DNA of 61,353 bases, the filler included, from Thelocarpon superellum (taxonomy: Eukaryota): NCBI GenBank assembly GCA_026025795.1. It is 2 parts of 2 records of this genome, joined end to end, with 100 filler letters (N's around TTAATTAATTAA, not from the genome) between each part and the next. Parts side by side here need not be neighbours in the genome. Positions count along the whole stretch, not along the records: positions 1 to 30,704 come from JAPEUG010000199.1; 1 more part is not named here. One strand, 5' to 3'. Each line of letters begins with the position of its first letter. Positions within the stretch are counted from its first letter, which is position 1. Below, one piece after another: positions 1 to 14,232 of this stretch. The notes beneath the pieces were generated by a model, which worked only from the letters and a program-made list of their open reading frames with translations, searched no databases and was not told where the DNA came from. Both the position numbers and the translations under genes were made by a program.

Positions 1-8
1 ACTTACAT
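1..8 (-). CDS. Possible start of a divergent gene running off the left edge (AT|GTAAGT, start codon split by an intron)
   Basis: The minus strand reads ...cttagagAT|GTAAGT at the window edge, a perfect donor consensus, preceded by a pyrimidine/CA-rich leader. No downstream sequence is visible. Confidence 0.3.
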
Positions 9-83
9 CTCTAAGGGTTGATAAGTAGCAGTTGTGGTGGTGGAGTTGTGGCTGATCGTGGAGGTAGGGTCGAGAGAAAAGTA

Positions 84-115
84 GCCGGTTTCTAGGTGTG
101 GCCGGTTTCTAGGTG
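84..115. repeat. Direct repeat GCCGGTTTCTAGGTG x2 (17-nt period)
   Basis: Identical 15-mers at 84-98 and 101-115, upstream of MNS1. Confidence 0.8.
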
Positions 116-448
116 GATACTGTTAGTACTACTACCGAGACCTCGTATTCGCAACGCTCAAAGTTAGGTCAGCAAAATCGCATCTCCAGCCCAGCATTCC
201 AGGGCGTCGGGGACCCACAGGCGGTCCGGCAACTGCCGAACGACCCGTGGACCGATCCGTTGCCCAATGCGGCAAGTTGACAGATGCGTGTCAAGCCTCT
301 GGCTCCACCAACAATTCATCCCTCAGCAACATCGTCGTTGTTTTCTCTCTTCTCCGTTCTCCTCGTACCTCTGCATTTTCGAGAATCATTCATTCATTCA
401 TTCATTCAGCCGTGCCTCCGTTTCTCATGTCTTTGGTTTGCCCCGGGA

Positions 449-2805
<2,357 letters not shown>

Positions 2806-3275
2806 TCATCGTGCCACCTGGCGCAGGAGACGATCCGTGGCCCATGATGGCTCGTAATACGTCTCGCTCGTCGCCGTCATCTCACATGTATCTTGACGGC
2901 GTGCTCAAAGCTGACTCTCTATATGATCAGAGACCTGCGGTCACTTTGGCGGTCTTCTGCTTGCAGATCTGGTCTAGTCTTGCATGACCACGACCATGTA
3001 TTTTCTTCTTTCTTGGAATGGGGTGAACTTGTATGTGTTGGTACGGCGACAGTGGCCATGCCTTGTACGCGGATCTCATCGTTCTTTGATCATGCATGCA
3101 TAGGAGAAAGAAGAATGAAAAGTCCAGATACCACCTACTTCCACTATGCGTGTAGATGCAGCTGGTCGGAACTGCACTGCGTTCCACTACCACTCCTTCT
3201 GGCGGTAGGTTCAATCCCCATTCCTCCCTCCCCGAACCCCCCTCTTTCCACGCACTGGCAACCGAGTAAGTGGCA

Positions 3276-4495
3276 CTACGCAGTCCAGACGACCACGCGA
3301 CCATCGACACCGCTGGTACTGAATTTCCTCAAGGGCGCGGCGTCGCCGCCCTCGTAGGCGCGCAGAGTAGAGATGGTATTCTGATGGACGGTGCGCAGTT
3401 GCGTATCTTCCTTGGTCTGGCCCTTCAGATCCAGCTGCCGGAACATGTTCAACGCAGATTCTTCGCGCGCGTGCCCGCCTAGGCCTGGCCGGCCCTTGGA
3501 TTCGAGCGACCCGACGATGGCCCAGCCCTGAGAGCTGCCTTGGAGTCTGTACGCTTCACAGTCCTGTTGATCGAATCGATTAGACGGGCGAACAGAAAGG
3601 GCTCGAGGGGGAGATCGAGGGAGACATACGTATCCAGCGGCAATGATCTCGCTCTCGCCGTTCCACACCAGGCTCATGAATGGTAAAAGCTGCGTGGTGA
3701 TGCTGACGACGGCCTTCGGGGGCCGGTCGGGCCCGCTGGGATAGACGACGGTGATGCTGCTGTCGTGCGCGGAGAAAGCGAGAGCGTCGCCGCTGGGTGA
3801 AAAGGCCGTGCCGTGGACCCATCCCGCGGCGTTGTTGAGATATTCGCCGCAGACGGTGTTGAAGGGGAGTCGTTCGCCCCATACCGAGCTCTCCGGCTTC
3901 GCATCCACGCCTTTGATGAAGCTCGAAAAGACACGCGCGTGTGCGTCCGTAGATCCGGCTGCCAGTAGCACTGAGTTGGGGTGCCATGCAATCGTCGTCA
4001 CCGTGCTGCGGATCGGCTTCTTCAAGTGCTTCGACACCCACCAATCGTTCTCCTCCTCGAAGTAGCACACCGCCACCACCCGCGCTCCGGACCCCACCGC
4101 GAATTTGCCCTCCGATGGAGACCATCGCACAAAGGTCGCGGCGCGGTTGATGCGGAGGAGTACCAGCGTCGGCTTCCATCCCGTCGGCGACGGTTCCCAG
4201 ACCAGCGCATTTCGATCTAGTGGTGCTCGCATTAGTCCAGGTTCATGATGTAATATGGGACGGAAAAAGTACCCTGAGAGCAGGTCACAATCTTCCCACT
4301 CGTCGGTGCAATATCTACCCCCGTCACCAGCTTGTCGTGTCCTCGTAGTTCATCCTTGAGGGCAAAGGTCTTCCCTGATCGTCCGTACAGCTCGACGTGG
4401 TTCTCCCGGGCCACCGCCAGAGTTTGCCGGTCCGCGGAGAAGGAATGGTCGGCGATGGGATGGTGAAAGAGATGGTGAATCTCTGGAGCAGCCAT
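3276..4495 (-). CDS. ARC40: Arp2/3 complex subunit ARPC1/Arc40 (WD40)
   Basis: IVTCSQDRNALVW, LVLLRINRAATFVRWSP, ENDWWVSKHLKKPIRST, HQNTI and FSTSGVDG. Introns 4217-4272 and 3564-3629. Confidence 0.95.
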
Positions 4496-4806
4496 GGCGA
4501 TCGATAGGAGGAGCTCTCTACTATCGTTACTGCGGAAAGGTGCCCGTTCCTCCACCCTCGATTTGGTGATGGATCTTCGACGGGGGGCAGGCTTGCTTAG
4601 TCACCAAGGTATTTACTCGCGAAATTGATGGGTTTCATGAAATCGACTTAAGCTTGCAACACCGACAGCGTGAGATCATATGATTTGCTGCTTGGTCCTG
4701 GTCATCAAGCCTAATCATCAAGATCCCTGTGGCGTAGTGCTCATCAAGGACTCCATTGGCAACGCTCTTCTTTCACGCCTCTCCCTGTGAGCCGGCGGCC
4801 GAAGCC

Positions 4807-5543
4807 ATGGCTTCCAAATCCATCCCATCACGAATTGCCCCCCCCCCGAGTAAAGCAAGCAAGCAAACGACTCCCCCGAGTCAGAGGTGTGTATTCCTTT
4901 CATTCGATCCTGCCGCCATCCCTGTGATTGACTAGTGATTCTAGTCTGTATTGCTCAAATTTACCTGACAAACTGCGGAAAGATGATTTACGCATCTCGC
5001 TCTACACTCTTTTCAGCACCTATGGACCAGTCCTCGACGTCGTGGCGCTCAAAACAATGAAGATGCGAGGGCAAGCTCACATCGTCTTTCGTGACGTGCA
5101 CGCGAGTACACAGGCTATGAGGGCCCTGCAAGGGTTCGAATTCTTCGGTAAAGAGATGGTAATGTTGCCCTTTCGTTTATCGGAAACGCCGATGCGTCTT
5201 GGCTGGATGGCAGCTGATGACCGGGGCCATGCAGAAGATTCAATATGCCAAGGGAAGATCAGACGTGCTGGCCAAGTTGGACGGCACCTTCCGCGTTGAG
5301 ACGACACAGGTGGCGGTCACGGAGCTGCAGCAGTCCATCTTCAACGCTCCACCATCGTCCAACGCCGCGCCAACGCTGAAACCTCCTGGCAGCACCGCGG
5401 CTGATCCGATTGCCGAAGGTGGAGCGAAGAGCCCCCAGGGCCTAAAGAGATCGAGAGACGATGAGAGTGATGAAGGAGACGCGCCCATGGATGAAGACGA
5501 TGATGGAGACGCACCAATGGAGGATTCCAGCGAGGAAGACTGA
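4807..5543 (+). CDS. MSL1: U2 snRNP B''/U1A-family RRM protein with acidic tail
   Basis: LYCSNLPDK...LYTLFSTYGPVLDVVALKTMKMRGQAHIVF...KIQYAKGRSD. Introns 4887-4944 and 5159-5234. U2B'' versus U1A cannot be fully resolved. Confidence 0.85.
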
Positions 5544-5696
5544 GCCGCGCTAGGGGAGTGATGGTCTTTTGGCGCAGGTCGGACAAAGCATGGAGATGGT
5601 GGGCTTTTCCAGGTTCGGATCCTGGTGGCGCGGGGTGTCCACGCACAAAGCAACTCCCCTACGAGTGCGTCGTGCGGGTGGCTGTGCAGGAACTGC

Positions 5697-6697
5697 TTAC
5701 GATGCCATCCTCGCGGGAACGTGCAGTCCCACGGCACCTCCCATTAGACCGACCCACACCAGCAAATACTCGTCGACGCCAACCTGTTGAGCCTCGCCGA
5801 GCTCACGCATGGCGTCCGCGGTTTGGCACGGATGGATAAAGAAGGCGAGATTGTCGAAAAGCGGATGGTTCTTCTTCGCTTCAGCCGGATCCCCATCTTC
5901 CGATAAGTGCAGAGCGCACTTACAGCTATGCCAATCCCTCCCAGCACACCCACTTGTTCCAGCTCGGCCCTGTGCGGGTGGGGCACCAAATATTTATAAA
6001 TCGTCTCGATGCTAGCGGGCACGGAGGCCGGCAAGTCCCGTAGGAAGAAGAAGAGGACCGGAACTCGATAGCTGGCCGAGAGAAGCAGATGATACTCTAC
6101 TGTAGCCGTGGGCCCTTCTTCCTCTCGAGTCTTCAAATACCTGCGATTTACAAGTTCTTCCTGTGATGATCGTAAGACCAGATGATGAGAGTGTATGGAT
6201 AACCTACGGGGTCGGGAGCATCTTCAATGCCCTCATCCTCATCGATCGCAGAGACACTGTCTCTTGTCTCCAAGCCGGACGGCACATCAAAACCTTGCCC
6301 GTGTAGACGGAGTGATCGACGAATGATGATGAATGTCTGATTCTGCTATCGTCAAGGTCAGACACTTCAGCCTAATGCCTGACGTGTTCCGTGCATCGAG
6401 CTTGATGTGCCCTAGCGACGGCCGGACATGTCGGAGACAAGGTTGAATATTTCGGCACAATCGTCCAGGAGGGTGTGGGTGGGAGCGGAGACCACGGCGG
6501 CCTTGCACCGCACACGGCAGGGACGAGAGTATTACCTGGCATCGCAAGGTTACTTCCGACCATGGTCCACCGCCTCTTGCAACTAGACCGTCCGTAGACG
6601 ATGCGGACATTGTCCTGTCATATCGGCCAACGAAGGCTTTGCAAGCGGCCGCAAATTGCTGCGGCGATAGCGAAGGATACGAGTCCAACGCTGCCAT
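5697..6697 (-). CDS. ATG10: Autophagy E2-like conjugating enzyme Atg10 (Atg3/Atg10 family)
   Basis: VEYHLLLSASYRVPVLFF, NHPLFDNLAFFIHPCQTADAM (catalytic HPC) and YLLVWVGLMG. Introns 6343-6535, 6161-6207, 5871-5923. Confidence 0.85.
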
Positions 6698-8212
6698 TGG
6701 CACCAAGGCTGACCGCAGGCGAGGGTTTCAGGCCGCAGTGATCACCAAGTGAGCAGCATGCTGCGTCGAGGATCAGATGATTGCTTGGCGTCGGTGCAGC
6801 CGACAGGGTGGAAGGGGTGTGGTGGGTGCCACGGGGAATGCGGTCAGCCAAACGAAATATATCAGCATCCACGAAGCTCCTGATACATCGGCGGGCTATC
6901 TTATCGGACGCAGTTCGACGCGTGCAGACGCACTCGAATGCATGGTTGGGGCCGGAACGATGAGGCTTCCAGGGGTCTGAAGGTGTTTGGTGGTGGACAA
7001 GTGCAAGGCCCATCTCTCGGCAGTGCCATTCATCATCCACCCAGCAGCACACGCATGTTCGCTAGCATACTCTGTGCTTGCCGTGCCCACAGTGCCACGT
7101 CCGATTGGGCGGAGAGACGGCGGCACGCCTGGGCGCACGAGATGATGCAATGCAGGTCGTATTCATGTGCCGTCCAGCGCACTTTCCCTTACACCCCTCC
7201 AGTCTCTGACTGCACCACCGGTCCGTGTATGCCAGCAACTCGAAATACAACCTGTCTCCGTCCGGCGCGAGGCGATCATCTCTTAGACCAGCCCCACCCA
7301 CCCCTCCACTCGACGCTCCAACCCCCACCCTCCGACGCTTCCCGACCGCCCAACCTTCCACTCACGCACCTCACCTCAGCCACATGCATGTCCACAGTCA
7401 CGGCCACTTGTGGCGGTGCGGCGCTGGCACGGCGCCGTAGCGTGCGTTGTGACGCGGCAACTCGGTCGGCTAGCTCTCGTCTAGGGTGGGCGCTGGCTGG
7501 CCCTCGCGCCCTTAGACTCTTGCGTTTCCCTGTTTGCCATCCAACATGTTCCCTCGGCTCCCACTTCTGATTCGCTCGGTCGCCACGACACAACACGGCG
7601 TTTGGAGGGGTGAGGTGGGATGGGGCTGGTCCGTGGTCGATGCAGGACTGGGGACCATAATCTATCGCATGCCGTCGGTCGGACGCCGATAGTCGGCGCC
7701 GCGAACAGACGGTCGCCGGGTGGACCGGTAATGCTCCGGCACGCTTTCATGCTTACCATAGGAATGGCCCCAGTTGACAACGAGCCTTGGAACACGTCGA
7801 GCTGCATTGCCGCCTTACTAACACCTACACTGTACTCATACGATACCTTGTCCAGTCTCTCGTCCTGGAACACCGCCTCTTTGGTTTCCCCATCCCAACT
7901 GAACCTGCTTTCTTTCCTTCCTTCTCCACACATCCCCGCAATCCATTGATGTCTCCCATTGCCGAATCAGATGGTGGAGCAGTCTTGATGATTGCTCGGC
8001 CCGTACACCGTCCGTGATTCTTCCTCCCTAGCATTCGTCGGCCGTCGCCGCCAATCTTGACACACTGTCTGAGGCCGTATACATCCTGCCACCTCCACTA
8101 CTGTGCTCAGCCGCGGCACGACTGCCAACGCCGTTCAATTTCCGGCGAAGTCTTTCGCCAGAAGGATTTCCATCTCCATGTCGTGCAGACCATCTATTTA
8201 ATTCCTTCTACC

Positions 8213-11200
8213 ATGGGCAACTCCCAGTCCACGTCATCCAAACGCTCGACGAAGATCGGCAAATTCAAGACCAATCCATCCACTTCCAACCTCAATGGCC
8301 GCTCTCAAGAGGATATTTCCGCCTACCCAGTCGAACCTCTTTCGAAGGCCTACGGCGAGACGTGGAGCGGTGCCAGCGGGCATGCTCAGTGGACGGCATA
8401 TCCCGGAGATCACCACAGCCAGCATGACAATCGTCAGTTGCTGAGAAACCATCTGTATGGGCAGGCACACGGTAGCTTTGAGGACGAAGAAGCTACGGTC
8501 GACCCAGTGTACAACCTCGACAACGATGAAGGGCAGGGCAGGCGACAAGAGAAGATCCTCGAGGCGGTCAAGAGACGGCTGTCGAGGTCCAATTCACGGA
8601 AGTCACTCCCACCCCTCCCTAGTGCATTAAGCTCCACCACCCTACTCAACTCGTTCGCCGGCTCCAAGCTCTCCCTTAGGCTTGATGGCGAAGGCGATCC
8701 CTCCTCATCCGCTGCCGAGGTCTCTCAGCAAGATCGAATCAAGGATGAAGTGCCTGGCGCCTCGAAGACCACCACGTGGAACTACACCACGACCGGCGTC
8801 GTCCAGCGAGGAGCACGGGCTAGTCCACCGGTGCAGCTTCGCCGCCGTACCATGACCGAGCACGGCGTCGCCACTCGAGGCCGCCCGAGCAGTTCCCTCC
8901 GTAAGCCGCCGCGATCGGACGACATTCGCGCCCGCGCCCATGCTCAATCTCAGGACTACTACCTTGAGCCCATCCGCCCCGATTCCATGCCGCTGTCCGA
9001 CTTTGCGGCTTTGGACTTTGGACAGCGGGACCGACGGCACACCGCCACGCCCCCTAATCTGGACTATTCCCCACTGTCATTCCGTCCGGGAACCTTACGT
9101 GTCACCAATGGCGATGTTAGCCCGGCTCCGAGTCCGGCCTCGGTCCGCCATGGCTCTCCTCACGCTCGTACCACTTCAGGTGACGAAACGGCCTCCACCC
9201 ACGAGAGACGCGCCAGGGCCACCAGCTTATCATCCGCGTCACGCACCCGAGACCAAACAAGCCAAGATCCGCCCTGTCCCTGGGAGGCGTACGATGACGA
9301 CAAGACGAAGCCAGTAGGGACGGTCAGACCGGTGTCCGAGTTTAGTCCCATCTTTACAGAGCGTCGTCGCCCCGCAGAAACAGCTTCCAACACACCCCAG
9401 CCCCAGGTACAGCCTTCAGCTAGCCATAGGCCTCAATGTGACCTTGGTGAGGCCAACGAGATTTGGAGTCCACCCTCCGGTCAACCCATTCCAACCTCGC
9501 CGGACCGAGCATCGATCATGGCGCAAGAGTATATGGAAGAGCTTCCATCCCGACGCTTCTCCTTTGCCCAATATGGGAACCACAGCCCGGCGTCGGCCGG
9601 TCGATCCGCGCGAGCATCCTTTGAGTCCAGCATATTCAACGACGAAGGCGTGGCATCATCGCCTAGCAAGCAAGCCAATCTGTTCAGACTGCTCGGCGAG
9701 ACCCGGCCAGAGAGATATGGTCAGTCTCGCGAGGATGCACTCCGGGCGCTAGACGACACCACATCCCCTCGATCTCCGTCTGATCATCGCAAAGCCAATA
9801 AGGTGCCCCCATCGACCTCACGTTCGTCGCAGGACTCGGTCACCAAGAAAATTGTCAAGTCGGACAGCGGATACGGCTCCCGTGTCTCTTTGCATTCCGC
9901 GAACGAGGAGGAGGAGGAGTTTCCTAATCCGCGCGTCATCGCACGACCCACCAGCGAGGTCCAGGAAGAGACTCGCCGGTCGAGAGGCAGGGAAGCCCGT
10001 CCAAAGACGGCCCCTACACCACATCCCCTACGATCGAGTCCCATGGTGCCATCGAAGCCGCCCGAGCAGTCTCGAACTATTCCACGACGCCTGCCGTCGC
10101 CGAGTCCATCACGATCGATCAAGAAGCGCTGGCGCCGCAGTCTGACTACCCTTGGCCTAAGAGAGCCGCAGGTTCCGGAGGAAGAGACGCCCCGACCGGC
10201 GCCTCGCAGGTTGCAGAAGAACCGGCCACGCTCGATGCCGCCGCCAAAGATGTCGCACCGGAATGACAATCAAGACGACGATATGAGCAAAATGGATCTA
10301 CCCGACCAGGTCCCTCCCGTCCCCACCAATGTTGCGGCCAGCCTAGCCAAGCGATTGCGCAAGTTTCCGACCCTGGAGCACACGTATCCCAGTCTCCAAC
10401 ATACCAATTCCAAGGAGTCGCTCCGGTCGCTGAGCACTTTTGCGTGGCACGGACCCTTTGAATGGGAGACCCACGGCAAGGATCTTGGGTCAGAACGTGA
10501 AGGTTCGGCGCCTCCTCGAGCGCGCAATCCCATCAATCGGTTTTCTTCCGAACGCCGAAGCAACACGCAGCCCCCTCCGTCAGAGAATCGCTACATCACC
10601 TCATTTGGAACGGTCACGGAAACGATCGGCCCTGGCCCGTATGACCAAGCGATGCGAGACACGGGCATCAACCCTCGTCGAAGCGCTGAAGATGTTGACA
10701 TCCACCCACATCAGATTGGGGGCATCTCGCGATCACGCACCATGGTGGGTATGGACGAGGAGTCTGCCGCCGCGTTGGCGAGAGAGAAGAGCAGAGATCG
10801 AGGCCGTGGCGCAAGCCGGCCAAAATCCGCACATGATTGTCAAGCCAACAACGACGGGAGTGTGAAGCTCTCTCGATCTGCTCGTCCACAGTCGATGATT
10901 GCCACCGCCCCACCCATACCCGACCTCCCAGCGACAACTGTCTCCAAGGAAAGGGCGCGTCGCGTCGACAGGCAACAAAAGACTCCACCGCCGACTTCGC
11001 TTTCGTCTCCTGTCCCCGACCAAACTCTCGCCGCCGTGCAGTTGAAGAACGATCGGAGCAGCGAGGATAGCGCCCCTCACGCTATCCATCAATCGTGGGA
11101 ATCGTTTGGCATTTTATGGCGGGAACGTCGCAAGTCCGCCAGCGCCGGACTGAAAGCAACCATTGGAGTTTCCCAAGACACGGTCTCACGTGGGTATGAT

Positions 11201-12130
11201 GACGGTGACGGCAATGTCGTTGGCGAAGTTTCACGAAATGCGGCGGGGATTGTGAGCAAGTCAAGGAACAGTCGACCCAGCGCCAGCGAGGATGCCAAGA
11301 TGAAAGAACGTGCGCGCGAATGGCAGAAGGTAGCAGAGAAGCTTTCAGCTCAAGATGAAGGCCGGCCCGAGACGAAAGAAACGCAGACCGTTCCCTCCAA
11401 AGATGGGAGCGAGTCCCAGCTGAAGCGGTCTGGCGCATCGCGGAAGAGGCTGCAAAAGAGTCAGAGCCAAATTCAGAGTCACAAGCACGGTCAAAGTCAG
11501 AGTCTCAACTTCGGAGTGGCATTGACCGTGGACACGAAAGCCGCCAGCAGCTACCAGAGTAGCGTCAACAATAGCGAGGAGCGGCTTCCGCGACCCGAGG
11601 AGAGCAATCCGGCCCGGAGCCGACGTTCTAGCCCCTCTCGAACTCGACAGTCCCGGAGCCGGCATGGCAGCGTCAACAACAGCGAGGAGCGGCTTGGGCG
11701 GGTGGATGAACATCACAGCATGCACAGTAGCCGACGATCAAGCCCATCACGGACCCGACACTCGTCGAGAAATCGAGTATCCGGCGTTCCGTCGATGCAG
11801 GAAGACAAAATCGAAGCCTCGCCCTACTCGAGTAGCGAGCAACTGGCGCGCTCAAGCCTGCAGCGCGGGGGAGAGCGATCACGGCGGTCGAGCGGTGCCT
11901 CTCGCAAGAGTCGGTCATCCAAGAACTTCTATGAGCTGGACCTTCCCGTGGTAGAGAGGCCTGGTGGAGGAAGATATGAAGGTGGGCTCGACTTCAGCTA
12001 TGGTCCTGGCACCGGCCTGGGTGGAAGTGCCGGCACGCGTGATCGGCCCGCTTCCTCGTCTCGAGAGAGTTTATCCATCAGCCGGGACCTTGGGCTGGAC
12101 CTGACCGACGTGCCTATGTTGGTGGCTTGA
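8213..12130 (+). CDS. Large S/R/P-rich disordered protein with MG-x-x-x-S N-myristoylation motif; function unknown
   Basis: Uninterrupted 1305-codon frame from accATGG (MGNSQS). Short ordered-looking motifs GTLRVTNGDVSP, KSDSGYGSRVSLHS and C-terminal RYEGGL...GLGGSAGTR...GLDLTDVP. Confidence 0.8.
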   Translation: MGNSQSTSSKRSTKIGKFKTNPSTSNLNGRSQEDISAYPVEPLSKAYGETWSGASGHAQWTAYPGDHHSQHDNRQLLRNHLYGQAHGSFEDEEATVDPVYNLDNDEGQGRRQEKILEAVKRRLSRSNSRKSLPPLPSALSSTTLLNSFAGSKLSLRLDGEGDPSSSAAEVSQQDRIKDEVPGASKTTTWNYTTTGVVQRGARASPPVQLRRRTMTEHGVATRGRPSSSLRKPPRSDDIRARAHAQSQDYYLEPIRPDSMPLSDFAALDFGQRDRRHTATPPNLDYSPLSFRPGTLRVTNGDVSPAPSPASVRHGSPHARTTSGDETASTHERRARATSLSSASRTRDQTSQDPPCPWEAYDDDKTKPVGTVRPVSEFSPIFTERRRPAETASNTPQPQVQPSASHRPQCDLGEANEIWSPPSGQPIPTSPDRASIMAQEYMEELPSRRFSFAQYGNHSPASAGRSARASFESSIFNDEGVASSPSKQANLFRLLGETRPERYGQSREDALRALDDTTSPRSPSDHRKANKVPPSTSRSSQDSVTKKIVKSDSGYGSRVSLHSANEEEEEFPNPRVIARPTSEVQEETRRSRGREARPKTAPTPHPLRSSPMVPSKPPEQSRTIPRRLPSPSPSRSIKKRWRRSLTTLGLREPQVPEEETPRPAPRRLQKNRPRSMPPPKMSHRNDNQDDDMSKMDLPDQVPPVPTNVAASLAKRLRKFPTLEHTYPSLQHTNSKESLRSLSTFAWHGPFEWETHGKDLGSEREGSAPPRARNPINRFSSERRSNTQPPPSENRYITSFGTVTETIGPGPYDQAMRDTGINPRRSAEDVDIHPHQIGGISRSRTMVGMDEESAAALAREKSRDRGRGASRPKSAHDCQANNDGSVKLSRSARPQSMIATAPPIPDLPATTVSKERARRVDRQQKTPPPTSLSSPVPDQTLAAVQLKNDRSSEDSAPHAIHQSWESFGILWRERRKSASAGLKATIGVSQDTVSRGYDDGDGNVVGEVSRNAAGIVSKSRNSRPSASEDAKMKERAREWQKVAEKLSAQDEGRPETKETQTVPSKDGSESQLKRSGASRKRLQKSQSQIQSHKHGQSQSLNFGVALTVDTKAASSYQSSVNNSEERLPRPEESNPARSRRSSPSRTRQSRSRHGSVNNSEERLGRVDEHHSMHSSRRSSPSRTRHSSRNRVSGVPSMQEDKIEASPYSSSEQLARSSLQRGGERSRRSSGASRKSRSSKNFYELDLPVVERPGGGRYEGGLDFSYGPGTGLGGSAGTRDRPASSSRESLSISRDLGLDLTDVPMLVA
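11561..11775 (+). repeat. Coding tandem duplication, ~108-nt/36-aa unit (SVNNSEERL...RRSSPSRTR) x2
   Basis: agcgtcaacaaYagcgaggagcggctt at 11561 and 11669, each followed by RRSSPSRTR. Confidence 0.8.
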
Positions 12131-12674
12131 AAGGAGCGACGGGGACGAGCGGGGTTGAGAGAGAGGGGGGTTAATTAGGAGTGATCTGGAGAAGAAAGAG
12201 ACACACCAGAAGGAGGGACGCTTCAAAGGAAATTGGCGAGGGAAGCGTCATAGATTGAACCTGAGAACAGAAAGAGAGCGAGAGAAGAGATATGATACCC
12301 CTTTTAACGTCTCCCTCTCTCCTGCGCGTTTATCTCGCTGCATTGTCTTCTCGTCCAATCTTCAAATCACGACCCTCACGATTAACGAACCTTCACGCTC
12401 TCTGTTCTTTGCTGCAGTCCACGCAAACAATTCCCTTTCTGGCTTTTGGCGAATGATCTCAGTCCACCTTCCCAACCCTATTGCTCATGCGCTCTACCCT
12501 TCCCCAAATCCAATACACTCCGCTGGAATACGACGAGCTACGAGAAACAAGACTGCAGCAAAGTAGATTTGTGAGAAATAATATAGAATGTTTGGCTGCC
12601 GACATGAGCTGGGAGGTCATCTCAACCGTTAAACTCCTGGACCTGTATTGGAACATGGAATATCGACTGCATTT

Positions 12675-13993
12675 TCAACGCCGGACAAGTTCTCGGAGCA
12701 ATAGTTCGTACCCATTCATGCCTGCCTCTAGATCATCGACGCCAATGTGCTCGTGGTCTGAATGCGCAACCTGGTTGGGGGATCCTTTATCAACGCTTGC
12801 CCACCTCGGAAATATTATATCGATATCGATGCATTGTGAAAAGAAATCCAACTCACAATGATAGTGCCGGGACCGTACAGATAACGTTTGTGGTCTCCGT
12901 TCAGATTTGGGATATCGGTGCCGTAGTTCACAACGGTTGTGTTGAAGCCTGAGGAGTCATCAGACATGAGCTCGGATCGGACTTTGGGTAGAGGCATACC
13001 CTCCACATCACTGTCGATAGGTACCGGGGCATATCCTGCCGCAAGAAACTCCACTTCCAGACGCTCGTCGACTTCCTGTACGGTGCGGACAACCAATTCT
13101 CTCGCCTCCTGGATCGTTCCCCCCGCAAGCCTCATGGCAAGTTCAGCCTCAGCATAAGCTGGGATGACGTTGGCGGCCACGCCACCATCGATGCGGCCGA
13201 TGTTCAGCGTGGTGTTGCCAAAGCGCTCGCTATGAGGCAGCTTCATCGAGTCCAGTTTGGCCAGGGCTGCCACCAGCAGGGAATTGGCGTTGATGCCGAG
13301 GTGCGGATAGCCTGAGTGAGCCGACTTGCCATGAGCCTTGACCTTCCACGCCAAGAAGCCCTTGTGGCCCGTGGCGAGCATGCGTCCCGTCGGCTCGCCG
13401 AAGACGACGGCCTCCCAGCTCAGGTGCATCGCGTTGGCCGTGCGCATGCCTGATCCAGTGGTCTCCTCGGCCACGACAAACAAGAGGGCGACGTCACCCT
13501 CGTCGAGCTGCCCCGTGGCGCGGAGGCGCTGCACGGCGGCAATCTGAGCCGCAAGGCATCCTTTCGCGTCCGCGCTGCCTCGACCCCAGATCTGACCGCC
13601 ACGGATCTCGTAGGGAATGAAAGGCGGCACGGTGTCCATGTGGCTGGTCACGAGAAGGCGAGTGGTACGTCGCGTCCCGAGGTAGGCGAAGACATTGAAT
13701 CGATCGGGAGCCACGGGGTGCGTCTCAACAGTGAAATTGCGCTCGCTGAGGTAGTCGACCAGGAAGTTTCCCACAGCAAGCTCATGGCCGGAGATGGATT
13801 CGATCTGCACCAGCTGGCGGTGCAGGTTCAGCAACGGAGATGGATCGTCGAATGTGAGCCCGTTGTTGACGGCCGCTCCGATCTCGGACAATCTCTCTGG
13901 CACTCCTCGCAGAGGGGATTGGCTGCCCGAGCAGAAAGCCCACGAGCTGACCCACAAGAACAGAAGCAAGAGACTGGTGTGTATCCTCCACAT
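12675..13993 (-). CDS. Secreted M20/M25/M40 metallopeptidase (acetylornithine deacetylase-like)
   Basis: Signal peptide MWRIHTSLLLLFLWVSSWAFC. Metal-binding motifs SHMDTVPP, GRGSADAKG, EET, GEPT and AHSDHE. Introns 12949-12999 and 12771-12856. Confidence 0.9.
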
Positions 13994-14232
13994 TGTGCTC
14001 TAGGCAAGCCACAGCCCCCAGACGTCCCAGGCGTGGGGCATCGGCGAAGGTATGTCACCGCGTCGACCAAAGGATGAAGGCTTGATGTAATTGGTGGACT
14101 TTGCCGCCCGTACGTTACCCCACGTCCACGTCGCGGTTACGCTGATCAACATGGATGAGGGACTCGAAGGCCACGCGACGACATCAACATACGACGGCCG
14201 AACGTCACGTATACGGCGAACGGTTCGCCAAC

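Noticed and set aside
3200..3225. GGTTCAATCCC resembling a tRNA T-loop
   Set aside because: T-stem is mismatched and no acceptor or D/anticodon arms are present.
6343..6535. Long introns (193, 150, 162, ~120 nt) examined as possible stwintrons or snoRNA hosts
   Set aside because: No nested donor/acceptor arrangement and no convincing C/D or H/ACA boxes with terminal stems seen.
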